64,000 nucleotides of DNA from Syncephalis fuscata S228 (lineage: Eukaryota > Fungi > Zoopagomycota), in NCBI GenBank assembly GCA_025786725.1, contig JAHLTZ010000016.1, positions 434,001-498,000 of the forward strand, in the 5' to 3' direction. Shown here one piece after another: positions 11,380 through 26,878 of this stretch (positions within the stretch are counted from its first letter, which is position 1; the number at the start of each line of letters is the position of its first letter). Both the position numbers and the translations under genes were made by a program. The notes below the pieces were generated by a model. That model worked only from the letters and a program-made list of their open reading frames with translations. It was not told the origin of the DNA and did not search any database.

Positions 11380-14209
11380 ATTAAGCCCAAAGGTGTAATA
11401 TCTTAATATGGAATAATAGTAGACGGTTATAATATAAAGATATCGATAACCAATAGTGTAGTCCAGCACTAAATAAAATGACGGTGTTGTTGTTTTACTG
11501 TTGATACTAATGCCACAACTATACTTTATAGTTGTTTATAAGTATCAGTTGAACCGCCTTATTGTAAATGTAATAATACGAAGTGTTAATTGTAAACACC
11601 ACAATTGTTGCCAGTAAACACAAGCATCAATTGTAGCAAATATAGTTTAGAAAAGTAAACAGATATACACCATTAATGGTGTTAAAGTAAAAAGGAGCGA
11701 TTTAGCAATAGCACTCTAAATACAAATATGGACGACTACACTGTTCACTGTAAGTAATGGCTGTCTTAAGATGACAAAAGCAAAGCGAATGATATTTCTT
11801 TCAAAGAAAATCCGTAAACATTACCGAATCAATTGAATAGGTATTTTTAAAGTAAAAGCTAATAAAGGTAGCGGGAATAAAAAGTGTTTTTGTTAAACAC
11901 CTCCAATTGAAACTAATTTTGAATACACTATATGAATATAAGGGATATAAGGGATATAGCACGAAGTAATATAACGAGAGAAAGAGAAATAGACAAGCCG
12001 CACATACGTAATAACAGCATGGCATATTTATAAAAGCGTAACAATAATCGCAAATCCTATATCAATTGGCTATTTCCATTGCAGCAGCAACGGCCAACTT
12101 GGAAGCAAGTACCACAACAGGTGCTAATTTAGTATTTAGCCAAGAACTATTTACCATCATTCTCACACGGTGTTTTCGGAAAATTTCAACAATTGCTCAA
12201 ACGCGGTCGTACTAACCAAGGCAGCACCGCTGCCAGTGCACTATTATGGATCTACCTATTTGGGCCATTCTAGGGCCTTAAGCAAGTTCAGTCAGAGACA
12301 GTGACAATAAAGACGGAAAGAGAGAAATAAAGCATGCTTCTTTATCCAAATCAGACCACTGTACACTTCAACGCAGGAACCAATAAAAATGAACAAGGTT
12401 GCTTGCAGAAATGCTCATCCATCTTTACTAGTACAGCATTCATATACAAAGTATACAGTACACAAAATAGCCACTACTACCAATTGTCTATCGTTAACTA
12501 AATATTTATTCATATATCTATCTACTGTAAACCATTTAACGGTGATGTGCTGTCTATAGATGGATCATCTATTGCTTATCACCTGTAAGCAATGAAGATT
12601 TTGCCATTTCCCGATCCATTGAATGGCGACAGCTTGCTTGGTAAACGCGCGTTGTCTGCATGGCAAATAGACATTGGCGCAAAATGGCTATAGCACCTCG
12701 AAAAATAACAAGTATTTTGTCTATGCTTATCAGTAGTAGTAGTCGGAAGGGTACGCAATATTACGACGAACAACGCAATAAACAGGTTCTTCGCGTATAC
12801 AGAAGGCTCTGGCAAAAAGAAATGCATAAAAATATTTTTAAATCATGCACTCTATGAAGATAATGACTAAAGTAGTGTAGCATGGTTAAGGCATTCGGGA
12901 TACCTTTGCGGTTATTCACCAATGGTCACGCAAACGATAGCTGTCCTTCTATATTTGCACTTTGACTTCAACTTACAAGTCGGTAGAATTTCTGAGACTT
13001 GACTACAAACAACAACAGCAACATGTGACTATTCTATTTGCTAAATAAGCACACCATTGATTTACCCATCCAAAAAGAGTTGCTTTTTATATTCACGGCC
13101 ATAATATTTCGGATACTACAGCAACAGCTATTTAACATGTGCGGTGTTTTACAAAACAGCACAATTTAGCCACACAATTAACAGTTACAGAGCTTCAGTT
13201 TCAACTGTTTTAGCGCAAGTACCATGTTTAATGCACTAATGACGACAGCATTTGTACGTAGCAATATCGTGGCCATGATCATCCTTATACTCGTGTCACG
13301 TGTAACAAATCATTAGTCATATGTTTATTGAAGAACCGTAGAATACAAACAAGCGAGGTATTTAATGACAGATAGCACGATACCAGCTGATAGCTGGGCT
13401 GCAGCATTCTATCCGATAAACAAAATTCCGATCCGACGATCATTGCATATCTATTCTCAATAAATATTACGTTATACATATAGGCGTGTGAGTCTGACCG
13501 CTGCTTATTGATCATCAATAGCGTTGTTCTAAAACGATTTGCAAACGAATTGAAGCAAATTCTATAATCACTTTCAAACAATGTGATTGTGCTAAAAATA
13601 ACACTGCCAAGCCATTTGTTCGATTTTACGATCAATACATTGTAGCCTGGCATCAACAGCATTACTATCCATTAGCTAATAATGCCACTACACTTGTAAA
13701 CCATCACTTTATATGATTGACATGTTGCGCATTATCACTAGAATTTATTATCATCCGCACCATTACTGCTAGACCGAGCCATTTGCATGTCATCTGACAA
13801 GCAGTTTTGGATCATCCGTATGGTAGGGTGGTAAAACAAGTCAAGGTTTTGCTTGGTGATCTTTTTCCGCCATCTCTTCACCTTATCCTCGACACTTGGT
13901 CCTTGTACTCCAACCATATTATTTCCTTCCATCTAACGCGTCAATCGTTCTTGAACCAATCTTTTGCACCTTGTTGGTCGCTGTTACTGCAGACATCCTA
14001 CTGGTCCGTAGCCAGACAGCTGTTACTGCCGAACACATGACTTTGCTATCAATTAACCTTTTAACCTTTTAACACCTTTTGCTTTGCGTTTCTGTTATAT
14101 TCCTGTTTTATTCGTGCATTCACCTTCTACTCACTATCCACAACGCTTTGGTTATTTGCCAAAGTATATTTAAACAAAGTAATCTATCGTACAATCACCT
14201 GTGTTTCGT

Positions 14210-16122
14210 ATGGCAGATACAAACGCTGCGCCCAGCATGACAAACGCTAAACCTGCTGTTGCTGCTGCTGCTATCACTACCTCCAATACCACCACGCCGG
14301 CTGCAACCGGACCTGCCACTGGCGCAGTACGTGCCTCGCGACATACTCGTGTTCATAGCAGCGATCGGCGTCTTAGCGCCGGCTTTACCGGAGCTCCTGC
14401 CGCGGTTGCTAACGCAGTAGCCGGTGCTGCAACGGCCGCTGCAACGGCTAATAAGAAAAAAGGACGTAGTCATCGTCAACAACGGCCTACATCAAAGCGG
14501 TACAATTCTGCGCACGCAGCCTTCTATCGGTCGGACCCGGAACGAAGAGTGGGTAGTAAAGATGTCTTTTCTTCAGAGACAGAAGCAGCTGAAGGTAGCT
14601 GGACACAGGATGAAGATGAAAACACGACTATTACCAATGGTACTGGTGGATTACGGCGACACAATGTAGGCCGTGTTGTTGAGGTTATTGAGATTAGTGA
14701 AAGTTATGAAGATACAGATGATACGGATGATAAGTCTACTAAGGCTCAGGTGGATACGGTGGATGCCACGCCTACAATTAATTATCAAGAAAAGACGACT
14801 AATAACGAGTCTGTACAGAATGAATCTAAACGTGCAATGCCATCGAATAAGGCAGCGAGTAAAACGAATAAAGTGTCAAATAAGCCATTCGCAACATCAC
14901 CTAATCAAAAAGAAGAAAGCCAGCAGGTAAAACACCAATACATGAAAACCCGGCCAATAGTCGAGAAAACGGCCGAAGCGGTCCTCGTCGTCACTCCACC
15001 GACAATATAGCACCGGCATCGCGCTCTTCAATGGCCAGAACAAATAGCGAAACAACTGCTGTTGATGAGTCAAATGGACTTATGCGCCGAGCTACCACAA
15101 CGGATCGACGACGACAAAGTGTTATGTCAATGTCGGGCGCAACCAGACTGCCATTTCATCATTTCCACGATAAAGGTGCTTCACATGCGGCACCAATATC
15201 CAGTATAGCACCAGTTACTAGTCAAGTGACCGCCACGCCAGAAAAGTCAAAATCTGGCTCTTTACGTGGTGCTGCTGGTGTATTACGTTCTCAGCCACGT
15301 GCTACAACACCTCGCCACGCTTATCCAACATCCCCATTTTCACGCTCACCACCTCATCATGGCGATACATCGACGACAAGTGCCGATGGCTACCAAATAG
15401 GCAATCCTGTTCAACGTGCAGGCTTCACCTCCAAGTTTATTGTCCACCGTGCACCATCTTATAATTCATTATCGGCTGGATCGTTATCTTCTTTAAACAA
15501 TATGATGAATAATAACGCGAAAGGCAACACACGAACTAATGGACGTTCGGAAGCACACCGTTTGTCATATATGAGCGATTCTGGGGCCGCGACACCAACT
15601 GTACCTACGTCTACATCGTCACCGTCACCACCATCACGGCCTAGTACGGCTGTCACAGACAAATCTGCACCTGCGAATATGGCAACTACCGCGCCCAATG
15701 CTAATACAAATCCAACAGTTTCACGTACACAGCACAAACTACTATTGCAACGCCAGCATTTTCTTGCCGAAGATGAACAGTATTTGCTTCATCCGCGTAA
15801 TCAACTTCGCCTTACTAAGGAATTGGAGCGAGTACGCCGTTCTTTAGTAGGTGTACGTCGTAATGGCGATAATCCTATTTTACAAAGTCTATCTCGTGTA
15901 TCGGCGGTACGTCGTCAACAGCAGCAACGACAATTGGATGAGGCGACATTTGCAAAGATAGATGATCGAAAAATGAACGCAAGACTGGGCGCCACTTCTG
16001 ATGGTAAGCATAACAGCCATGGACATACCGGTCTTATGGGTCGTCGTGCACACACTCATACGGCATCGGGCATCAATTCAACATCTAATGCTGCAACTGT
16101 CGTGGCCAATACTAATCATTAA
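14210..16122 (+). CDS. TCO89: Low-complexity Ser/Thr-rich protein with a TCO89 (TORC1 subunit)-like C-terminal motif; one apparent frameshift near 14907-14911
   Basis: Two consecutive ORFs join if one A is added to the A5 run (..PNQKRRKPAGK..). The C-terminal SRTQHKLLLQRQ...KELERVRR...VRR..NPILQSLSR resembles the conserved Tco89 block. Confidence 0.6.
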
Positions 16123-19100
16123 CGATTTTCATTTTCTATCTATTATTCCTTGACTGTTATAAGACGCTTTTGCGAAGGAACAATATATCTATTGTGATGC
16201 ATGTAAACAATTTAAATTACTTTTTACTCCGTTAGTCAACACTTTTGTGTCTTTAGTTATTAATAAATAGCTTATATTATGGTTATATGATGGTGCTATT
16301 ATAATGCTGCTTACAACTTATATGTAGCTATTTAATTGAATTATTGTTATTTTGATTATTAATCATTATTATTTACTATTGTTAATTAGCGTTTCTATTC
16401 AAAAATTGCTAACTATTAATTAGTTGACTTTTAACCAATTTAGAATAATATGAAAGAAAATATCAATACTTTATATTATATACTAAGTTCATATACTAGC
16501 GCCCTTATTCTAGCAATAGCAATACATGCTGCATAGCTTAATGAATAGTCATGGTAATATATAATAATATTCGTGTTAATTTAAAAATTATAAAACATTA
16601 TATACATATATGTATGAATATATGAATCTTATCACTGTAGAACAATAGATCTAATTAACAACAATAATTTAAAATGCTCGTTATCTCTATTTCATCACCC
16701 TTATTGTTACAGTTTATTAGATAGAATACAGCAATAAAACGTATTTATTATTAACTAGCCCTATAATCACTACTCATATTATTAGTTCATTTATAACATT
16801 ACCTTTGTACTAAACACTACATACAAATAATTGCATTAACCAATAAACTTGTTTTGTAAAATAAATATTTATGCATACAACATACTATTTGTTATTCGCT
16901 AAAATATAATCATTAGATGATAGCATGGCATCGGCTATCTAGTCATTTATCAAAATTTGTAAATAAAAGCGTCTAAAACACCGGTAAAACTACACTGATG
17001 AAAATGAATGTAATGGTGATGTCAATAGTCATAGAAAATAATAGTACGTCATTAGACAGTACGAAACAAGGATGCAGTACCATTGCCGATATATAAACCA
17101 CCATTATGACATCAAAAAAATTATGATGTAATGTTAATAAAGCGCTATCTACGTTGTATCGCTGTTGAATGTTCCAGAAAAAACCGCTTTTTGTATCAAG
17201 GCAATTAGTTTTACCGATTGGGTATGGCCAAATAAACACTCGCCTTATCTCTATCTATTATAATATTTGGGGATATTGCCATTTCAAAACGAGGTAACCA
17301 TCTTTCAACCTTGTTTTCGCGGGTCTGCGTTTGTTTACATCTCCACACTTTCACGCACTTACCTTCCATTCACATGTATGTACATGCAGTATTTACCCGT
17401 ACGTTCAAGTACTAGACGGCCCGTCGTTGCTAACCTCCATTATATTAGGATAGCATTTATTGGAGAAACGGCCCGAACCTTGATGAATTATGCAGCTAGC
17501 CAATGCGTATGCCAACCATACTTGATAAACAAGTTTATTAGACTAAACCATGAATGTTTTTACAACGTACCAATTACTATATTTTATTGCTAATCGACAT
17601 CAGTCTATAGCAAGGCATGCAACGGCACTAAGAAAGAGGTCCATTGCTTTGAAAATCTACCCCCCCCCCACGGTTAGCACAGCACAATCCATTTACTATA
17701 GCCTTGTCAAGTCTGCTTTTATGCATTCTTTGTCCTACCATTGACTGTGTCCTATTCTCTTTTATTTTCGCGTTTCAAACAACAATATTCTATTCCAATA
17801 AAATAATAATTATACAATCATTTTTATTCCTCTTGTTAGATGCCATGCCTATTGTGTACGATAGCAAACAGCAATACCATTTAACTAATACTAAGCAATA
17901 CCAGGCGCTTTTTGGCATCAGCCAATCAATAAAGGGACAGTCACGCAACTATACGAGCCAATCAATTCATTCGGAAGCCGGGACAATTGACCCGACGAGA
18001 TTTCCTTTGCTTGCCGAGAAATCTTCAATAGAACATGTGCATGCTTGTGTACACCACAGATCATATTTCGGCAATACATATTAAGCCAATGCATCACCCG
18101 TACTTAGCATCGATGTAAACCAATAATAGCCACCATCATGGCCCCATGTGCCGGCTATGTCGATGGCTACTAGTTTAGCCACTGTCATGCTACTGCATCT
18201 ACTTTTACCCATCTTAATAATAGTAGTAGTATTGTGGTGTTGTTCGTGTTCTGGTAGTGCAGTTGGCAAAAACTTGGTGCATGTTTACGCGAAAAAACAC
18301 ATGTCAATAAATTCACATGGACCCACACGTGTTGTGTCTACGCATGCTATTGTTAATTTTACTATCGATAGTAGCGGCACTAATGGTGGGAGTAGTAATA
18401 CTCATAACAATAAACAAGTTTGTGATCATCATGGACATCATAATAACTACTAGGCCAGAATGACGACAATTTACACACGCGTACTTGCTCTATCTATTGT
18501 TTCGCATAGACCATCATGTGAACGGGTCTATATTTCTTCAGAACAAGTTATTATTGTCATAATCATTTCACAACAGCATCCACAGCATCCCTATCTAATG
18601 GGGCATGGATTCATTCTCCGAGCGAATAACAAAAAGTCAGGCTAGTGTATAAACTTTTATTGACTGTATTACAGCATTCCTATTCTTTCATATTGCGCCT
18701 TATTCCCACTGACTAGTACACATTGACGATCAGTGAATGTTCCATTAGAACATTTATAGATCGGAAAAATAACTGGCTGTGTCTCGATGACTTTTGTCTC
18801 GATTGAGAAACGGAGTCGAAATTGTTCGTTAATGGCTGATTGTAAACTGCCGTTGCTTGGTCATCTTGACCAATCAATGGATAAACCAATACTACCAATA
18901 TGCCATCGATAATGTAAAGCGTTGACACATCCATTCCCTCCCATACAACAGCCATCACCATATACGCACATTTACATATATACATATATACAGAAACAGA
19001 GATAAATAAAGAAAGTCGTACTGTGCACTACAACAGTCGCACTGCACGCTGCCCGCATGCTGGGTGGGCTTACATTCCCCGTCACGCGTGTTACTATTGC

Positions 19101-21579
19101 GACTCGGCGTATTGTAGTGCCGCGTGCCACCATTTATCAGCTCACGTACTGCTTAAAAGTCGTTTTAATCTTTCTCGACTTGACCCATTGCCTCCTTTCA
19201 TTTGTTTCATTCCCTCCTCTATTTGGCTACTAGGTAAGCAAAGGGCGTGCGGACAATAGATGCATATTGTGTAGAGGTAAGTCATGTTACTGTGGGTACA
19301 CGACTATTTCTCCTTCTATCCTGCGACTGCTGATGTTGCTGCAACAGCTGCAATACTCCTGTTATTATGTTACTATGATGGTTTATAGAATGGCTGCATT
19401 ATTTTAGTATCATTTTATGCTGATTGATTGGCATGTGCGTGTGTGTCGGTGAATAGGTATATGGATGGGTGGGTGAGTGAACATTTGAATGACTTATACG
19501 GTCCTTGACGGCCCGATAGAAGGCACGAGTTGTGTATAACAGCCAATAGTTTATTAAATATCATCATCATCGTCATCATTATGCTATTATCCATATAACG
19601 ATAACAGCAACGCTATAATAAATATTAATATATAGCAATCGTTCATTAGTCCTTTCTGATCGACTATTTATCTTTCTATCCTTTTACACCAACTAACTAC
19701 ATCCTATACCCTGGATAACATAGTATTTATACTCCTCTCGCCTCTCTTTTTTCTCCTTTCTTCATTTGTCGCTCTCACTCTTTCTCTCTCGCTACTTCCC
19801 TCTCACTATCCATTCATCTATCTCTTCCTTGGCTCTTTCTTTATCTACTTTGTGCACTTTTTACTTGCCTACTCTTTCACTGTGCCTCTATCTATCCCTC
19901 ATCTCTCTCTCTCTCCCTGCCCTTGCCTTCATTGAAGTACACATACCCATTATCCACATACTAAACTGTCCGATTTATTTCCGCTCGGGTTTTCTGTACA
20001 CGCGGAAAAACAGATAAACCCCACCCAATCGAATTAACACTTTCCGGCCCGAACCTTCTTTTAGCCATTGAGTAAATTTTATTGACGTGTCATGTTTTAC
20101 TGCACATACCCATTTACTTGCCTACTTGATATTTTTGACTGCACATTTATTACCCAATTTACAACGATTCAGTCTTATTAGCTATTGCTATCGTCACTGT
20201 TATTGCTACCATTACTTTTATCACGTTTTATCATATCATTGAATTGTTAAGACCACGACTACAAATACAACTAAGTTACTACATCTACTTCCTATCGTCA
20301 CACTTTTCTGGCTCATTCATTGTCGGTAACAATTATAGTTTAAATTGGTATTATTAATTAGATATTTACAATATAACAAAGATTATATCCTATCTATTAT
20401 TACTGATACTAGTGTTGCTGTTATTACAATAGTCGTATAGTGGGGTGCCAGTGATTATTGTGATCAGTGTGATATTGTTGCTATTATTCGGTTGCTGTCG
20501 TGATATTTCCACACATTTATATTCCCTCCCGTAGCGGCGATTGGGATTATCGTTTCACTGTGGTGTAAAAGAATTGCCGGACTGCAGCCAAAAAATCTTT
20601 CGGCGGTTTGTTATTCCTGACAAAGTCAATTACTTCGTGTTTGTCACACGCTTTTCTCCTACAAAACATCACTTTCCTCAATCGACTTTTTACCTTTCCC
20701 TTCATTTCTCTTACTCACTCCAACGCTATATAGCACACACACACACACGTACACACACACATCACGGATTGCAAATAGTGCGCGACGCTGGCTATTGCTT
20801 TTATTGCACTCCTTTTCTATTTCATGTAATACTAGGCTGCCACCGGTATCCTTGACATCCTATTTCTATTATTCCAGTGAGTATAAGCGTAATTGTTTTC
20901 TTTAGGCGAGTGGAAGAATGCGGCGTATGTATGTGTGTCTACTTGTAACTGTGCCTGTAACTTGTAACTTGTATGCACAGTGCGCCTCTCAGATGTCTGC
21001 GTGTATCTGCATAGTGTGGGTGGGTGTTTATGCGCGCGTGCACATATGTCCGCTGGTGTACGAGCCGGTATTATATTAAGTTTAGAAAAATACCTACTCA
21101 CACCTTGACCGGCTGGGCACGCACAAGTTGTTCCTTTTGTCTATCTGGCTCAGGTTTTTAGTTGAATATCAAGGATAATAGGACAATGAGTAGATTCAGG
21201 AGCAGATTAGAGAAGGAATCTACCCAAAAGAATGCTAGAACACATGCAGATACAATATCGTTGCATATCTTGTTAGAAACCATCCTTTGTATCGGCACCA
21301 ATAATGAATTGTTTAAGGTGCTACCTGTGAAACAATACACTTTTCTTGAAGCAGATCTGTTGTATTATTAATCATGTCTTGGATCATTTTGAACTATTAG
21401 TAGATTTGTTACCTAGATAAATTATTAAATTAATTGCAGACTTTTTGTTGATTTGTGACGGATCTTCACTGCATTACCTTTAGATAATTTATCATTATTT
21501 ACTCACTATTCGTTTTACTTATTTACACTGGCCGTTATAGTGCGTTATTATCTTAGTCATTAGTAACTAGCTGTTATCG

Positions 21580-24500
21580 ATGACTTCATCCAGTTCTTCT
21601 GTTTCGCTGGCATCGCCCTCCACTTCGTCGGCGCATTCATCGTCGCCGGCCACCCCTCGCGTGCAGCATCAGACTATATCGTCCAGCTCTTATCCACAAA
21701 TACCATTTGCCACTGATACTGAAGTCGAATCATCGAGTGTTTTTTATACAGGGTCGTTGTCGCCTGATACAGACTTACTGACCACATTGGCCACAGTGAG
21801 TGCTGCTCAGTTGCCATCAACGGCTCGTGTGCTAAATACTTCGCATTCAATCCAGAACGGATTGTCTGCATCCACTTCACCTCATGATTCAATTTCCACA
21901 GAACATGCGCAGTTACATACATCCAATTCTATTGCTAACATGTATCGTTCATCCAACAGCCATACCACCTTATCCGTGCCCATCATGTCCAGTGCAAACG
22001 ATGATGGCATAGGTAGCATCACGATGGCGAATAATGCAAAACGCCAACGAACAGGACGTGCCTGTGATGCATGCCGTCGTAGAAAAGTACGTTGTGATGG
22101 TGCAATACCTCATTGCAGCAATTGTCGCACAGCAAATGTTTCGTGTACATTTTTGGATGCTGCCAAAAAGCGTGGCCCGCCAAAAGGCTATATTGAGGCG
22201 ATAGAAAGTCGATTGCATCGTATGGAGTCATTGATAGGAGGTAGGATACAAATAAAGCTATGTCAGTGTTGATAATTAACTGTAATTTAGCACAATATCC
22301 AGCACCATCTCCATCTAGCTCATCATTGATTGCTGGCCCTTCTACCAATTATCGTGATGTTGGTATGAATGAAACAGCCGCAGTAGCAAATAATGCTGCT
22401 ACAGCACATCAGCTATCATCGCGTTCAATGCCATCTATGCTTCATGATCCTATAATTGGACCACAGCCGATATTGATACCACCAAGGCAGTCAGCGGCTC
22501 ATAGTTATGCGCCGCCACCCCATGGCCATAACATGGCTACTGCTAACGGTTCATTATTGCCACCAGTAATGCAGGCTACAGCATCATCATCTTTATCTAC
22601 TGCAAATATATCAAGATTGAATAACGGCACTAGCAATAATAATGGCAGTGTTAATGGTACCAACAGTGCTAACACCTATACTGAACGTGCTAAAATGGAT
22701 GGTTTTAATAGCCACAATAGTCCAATTAGCAACGGATCTAGCTTAGCAAATGATCCATATGCTATAAATTCAAACGACAACGATCCTACTTTAGCTGGAA
22801 TAATGGCAGCAGTAACATCACTTGCTAAAGAGCAGCAAGAACAACGACAACAGCTGAACAGTACAGCAATATTGCCAACGACAACGACAACAGCTGCAAC
22901 GACGCCAACGATAACAGCGCCTTTAACTGCACCAAATTTAATAAGCAGTAATTCAAAGCTATCTGGATATACTCATTATTCTTCAACCGACATATCCAGA
23001 ACATCTGTGCCATCACTTACCACATTTTCATATGCTTGTGAATCAGATACAGCATTTCAACAGCCACCATCGTCATTTTCGGCAAAATCCAGCCAAGAAT
23101 CGGCTTTGTCACGTTCTCCTTGTGCTAATGGTCTATTGCTTCCACGACTTGTTCCTTCTATCGACGGCATCAATTCGTTAAATGATCAATCTGAAATCGA
23201 TATGAATGCATTGCCAGATGCCCTTACTTCTGGTCGCCTTATTAGCATATTTCGCGAACGTATTCACCCATACTATCCTATATTACATTGGCGTCGTTTT
23301 CTGGATCGTCTTGCGTCAGCATCACCACCAAAGCTACTTTTAAATGCCGTCTACGCTTATGCATCACGATATGACGCGGATGCAACAACAGGCGCATCAA
23401 TGTCATCCGATGTATCACATACACCTGGCGAAATTTATGTATTGCGTATTCAAATGTTATTGGAATCAAGGCTAAGCGATCCAGATTTAGAAACGGTACA
23501 AGCATTGCTGCTATTTTCGTCCTATTTACTTTCGATGAAACGTATACTGGTTGGCCATATGTACAATGGAATGGCAATTCGTTTGGCCCAACAATTACAG
23601 CTACACTACGACACTACTATGAACGAGATTGAACGTGCCGATCAGCTGCGTACTTGGTGGGGACTGCTATTTCTTGATCGTTTTATTGCCACTACATTCT
23701 TTTATCCATTGTCCATTGACGAGAAAGATTGCTGCCCAGCCAATCTAGGTCATATCAATATTGGTCATATTACAAGCGATGATGGTCCATTCGACTCAAG
23801 CGACTTGTACTATTCATATGTAGCCCAACTATCCGTACTATATGGACGTGCCTTACGTGTAGTCAAGATGCGTTTAATTGATGGCAAGTCACCCGATGAG
23901 CTGACTAGCGAAATTGCCTCGTTAGATCATGATCTAAGTCAATGGTGGCAGAATACGCCCAATATTTATCTCTACGATCCTACAAAAGAGTCTACCTGGC
24001 AGATACCAACAAATCGGCTATCTATTGTAGGAATAACAACTTGTATGTATCATAGTGCAATCATTATGCTGCACCGGCCTTGGGGAGCGATTAATGGCAG
24101 TCAACGTCCATGGGCCCCTCATATCAACTCGGAACGTTTATGCCTAGCCAGTGCACACACTATTGCACGTATTGTTCATCGAATGCAACACCACGAATAC
24201 CATATATATTTGGTCTTTATACAACTTCTGCTTTTTGCGCACTAACTGTACTTGTACCGGTAGTGGCCAGCCATCCAGATAGCGAAATCCGCTGGTATGC
24301 GCGCAAGGATTTAATAAAGTTACGAAATCTATTGCGTGCCTCCACGCGCTCTATTCAGATAGCCAAAGACGCACTAAGCCACGCCGAAGATCTATGCATT
24401 CTTCGCGGCATTTCTATCTACGAGCTCGAGGAGAGTGAAGAACTAGAACAGGATGCAAATAGAAAATACGGTTTAAAGATGGATGGTAATAACGACAATA

Positions 24501-25261
24501 ACGATACAGTTGTCGATTCTGCAAGTGGCTACTCGTCAATCCAGCAATCACCATCGCCACCAATATCTAATCGTCGTGATACTAATGGTATAAGTCCACC
24601 CAATAGTTTAAGTAATTTGCTTAATCCTGAACCACCCAGTCAACAACAACAACAACACTTGACACATTCTGTATTTAAACGCCAACGATTTAATGAAGCT
24701 AGCACAGCTGCATCAGCATCAATTTACGTCACCAACGACGACATAGTACAATCGATTAGTGCAGCCTCCAGCTCTAGTGGTTTTACTATCCCTAATGGCA
24801 TTCATAACAACACGCCACTTAATGAGAAACAACTCCAGAAAGAAGAAAAGGAAGGCATGGCCTGGCTTAAGCGGCTATGTCCTTACAATGATAGTTATAT
24901 ATTTCCGCGCATAGTTGAAACATTCGACGACAAAGAAGATGCAACGCCATGGACATCGCGCCAATCGTCACTTTCTCCTACAACTGTCAATGGAACAACA
25001 ACGACTACATTAAACAAAACCCATATTACCGAAAACGATACAGCTACTGAGACAAAGGGACGGGCCAGAGCACGTTCCGTTCCATGTCTATGCAGTAGTC
25101 AGTCAATGAATCGACTACGGGATTATACGCCAATCTACGTTAAAGATGTGTATTATTGGTGTGTGCCAATATCTATGGCCACGAAACGATGGTCACAATT
25201 TATCGATTACTACTCCAAAATCCCTGAAGCTGATCGTTTATCGAAAGTACCGTTTCTTTAG
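21580..25261 (+). CDS. Zn(II)2Cys6 fungal transcription factor with Fungal_trans middle domain; apparent frameshift near 24200
   Basis: ACDACRRRKVRCDG..PHCSNC......CTF; intron 22241-22290; middle homology region (IHPYYPILH, RTWWGLLFLDR, LHRP). Adding one C at 24200-24201 joins the last two ORFs (HHEYPYIFGLY). Confidence 0.9.
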
Positions 25262-25666
25262 TCTCTTTTATACTTTTACACTCTTTCATTGCTACTTCTT
25301 CTTTCTGTAACTGTTTAATATTTTCTTCATGTTTTTTATTTCTGTGAATTATTTTCCTTACATTAATTAATATCATTTAATCGTTCTTTTTTATTATATT
25401 TAACTGTTTTAACTGTTTTTAATACGCGTCTATACACGTCTATTGATATAACTATGAACAGTTACTGATTTGTTTATGAACAGCATCATCATCATTAAAA
25501 ATAGCTTTCATTGTTTTATTTTATAATTATGGCAAACCAAGGTTGCACACAATGACATGGATGCACACGTGTTACTTGCTATAGCGATATAAAGCATAGG
25601 CCATGACGCAGTAGGCAGCTACAAAACTACTTCATTTTACTTTATTATTTCGCTGGCAACAACACT

Positions 25667-26464
25667 ATGGCTACCACAGCTGCTACAGACGCTACCGCGC
25701 AAACACCAGTGCTATATGGCTATTTCCGGTCCTCGTGTTCGGCTCGAGTACGCACTGCGTTGCATTATAAAGGCATTGCATTTGATACGCACGTTATAAG
25801 CTTGCTTAAAAACGAGCACCAAGTTGACGAGTATAAGCGACAAAATCCAAATGGTATGGTGCCTATGCTGACGATCGATGGCCATAGCATTTCACAATCA
25901 ACGGCCATTATTGAATATCTTGAAGAAACACGGCCAGGTAATAAACTAGGTATGCGTTTAAACATAACTAAATGACCTGTTGCTACTTTTCCCGTTCTTT
26001 CTACCTATAGAGCCGGCACTATTGCCTAAAGATCCTTGGGTGCGGGCCCAAGTGCGCGTTATTTGCAATATTATCGGCTGTGATATTCAACCAACGCAAA
26101 ATCTACGTCTTCTTAACAAAGTAGGCGATACGAAGACCGAATGGGCTAGCCATTGGATCACCATTGGCTTCAAAGGTATGTATTGCTTTGTAAACTATAA
26201 TCATAAACGATTACTAATACCTGATTAGCACTCGAGATAGAACTGGCCAAGACTGCCGGCAAATACTGTGTTGGTGACGAGATTACTATGGCCGATCTCT
26301 ATCTTCCACCACAAGTATATAATGCACATCGCTTTGGTGTAGATATGAGCCAGTTTCCAACGATTACCCGCATTGATGCCAATCTAGCATCCGTTGACGC
26401 TTTCCGCAAGGCTCATTTCAGCCGTCAACCTGACTGTCCCCCAGAACTTCGTGCACAAGACTAA
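25667..26464 (+). CDS. maiA: Glutathione S-transferase zeta / maleylacetoacetate isomerase
   Basis: Zeta signature YFRSSCSARVR, plus NPNGMVP, QSTAIIEYLEE, DIQPTQNL, GDEITMADL and QPDCP. Exons 25667-25937, 26011-26175, 26229-26464. Confidence 0.92.
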
Positions 26465-26878
26465 ATCACATTGTTTAATCAAAATAAATATTTGGTTTAT
26501 TCTATCCATTGCTTATTAATACAATCAACACTATCAAATAATCCATGTAAAATGAACCCGAAAACTCTACACAATTCAAAACTACAACTCTATTACTATT
26601 GTTTTGCCACCTATTTGTAAATATCCACATCCATAAATGGTTGGTTTATAATGGTAACAACGATAAATATTTATATATAAAAGTACGCTTAGTCATTAAC
26701 AACAAGTATCGACGATCATTAATTATAGCAGGTACTATTAATGATACGTGTGTATGACAACAATAATGCTAATCCATTGCTCATGCAGCTATTGTTAACG
26801 CATCTTTTACAAATCAGCAAAAATGAATTAATTAAGTAAAAGAAGAGTACACACTCTTGGTAGTTTGGATTGTGTTGA

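Noticed and set aside
16973-21371. Numerous 60-126 aa ORFs upstream of the first Zn2Cys6 gene
   Set aside because: No domains, overlapping frames and simple-repeat content; consistent with promoter or UTR DNA.
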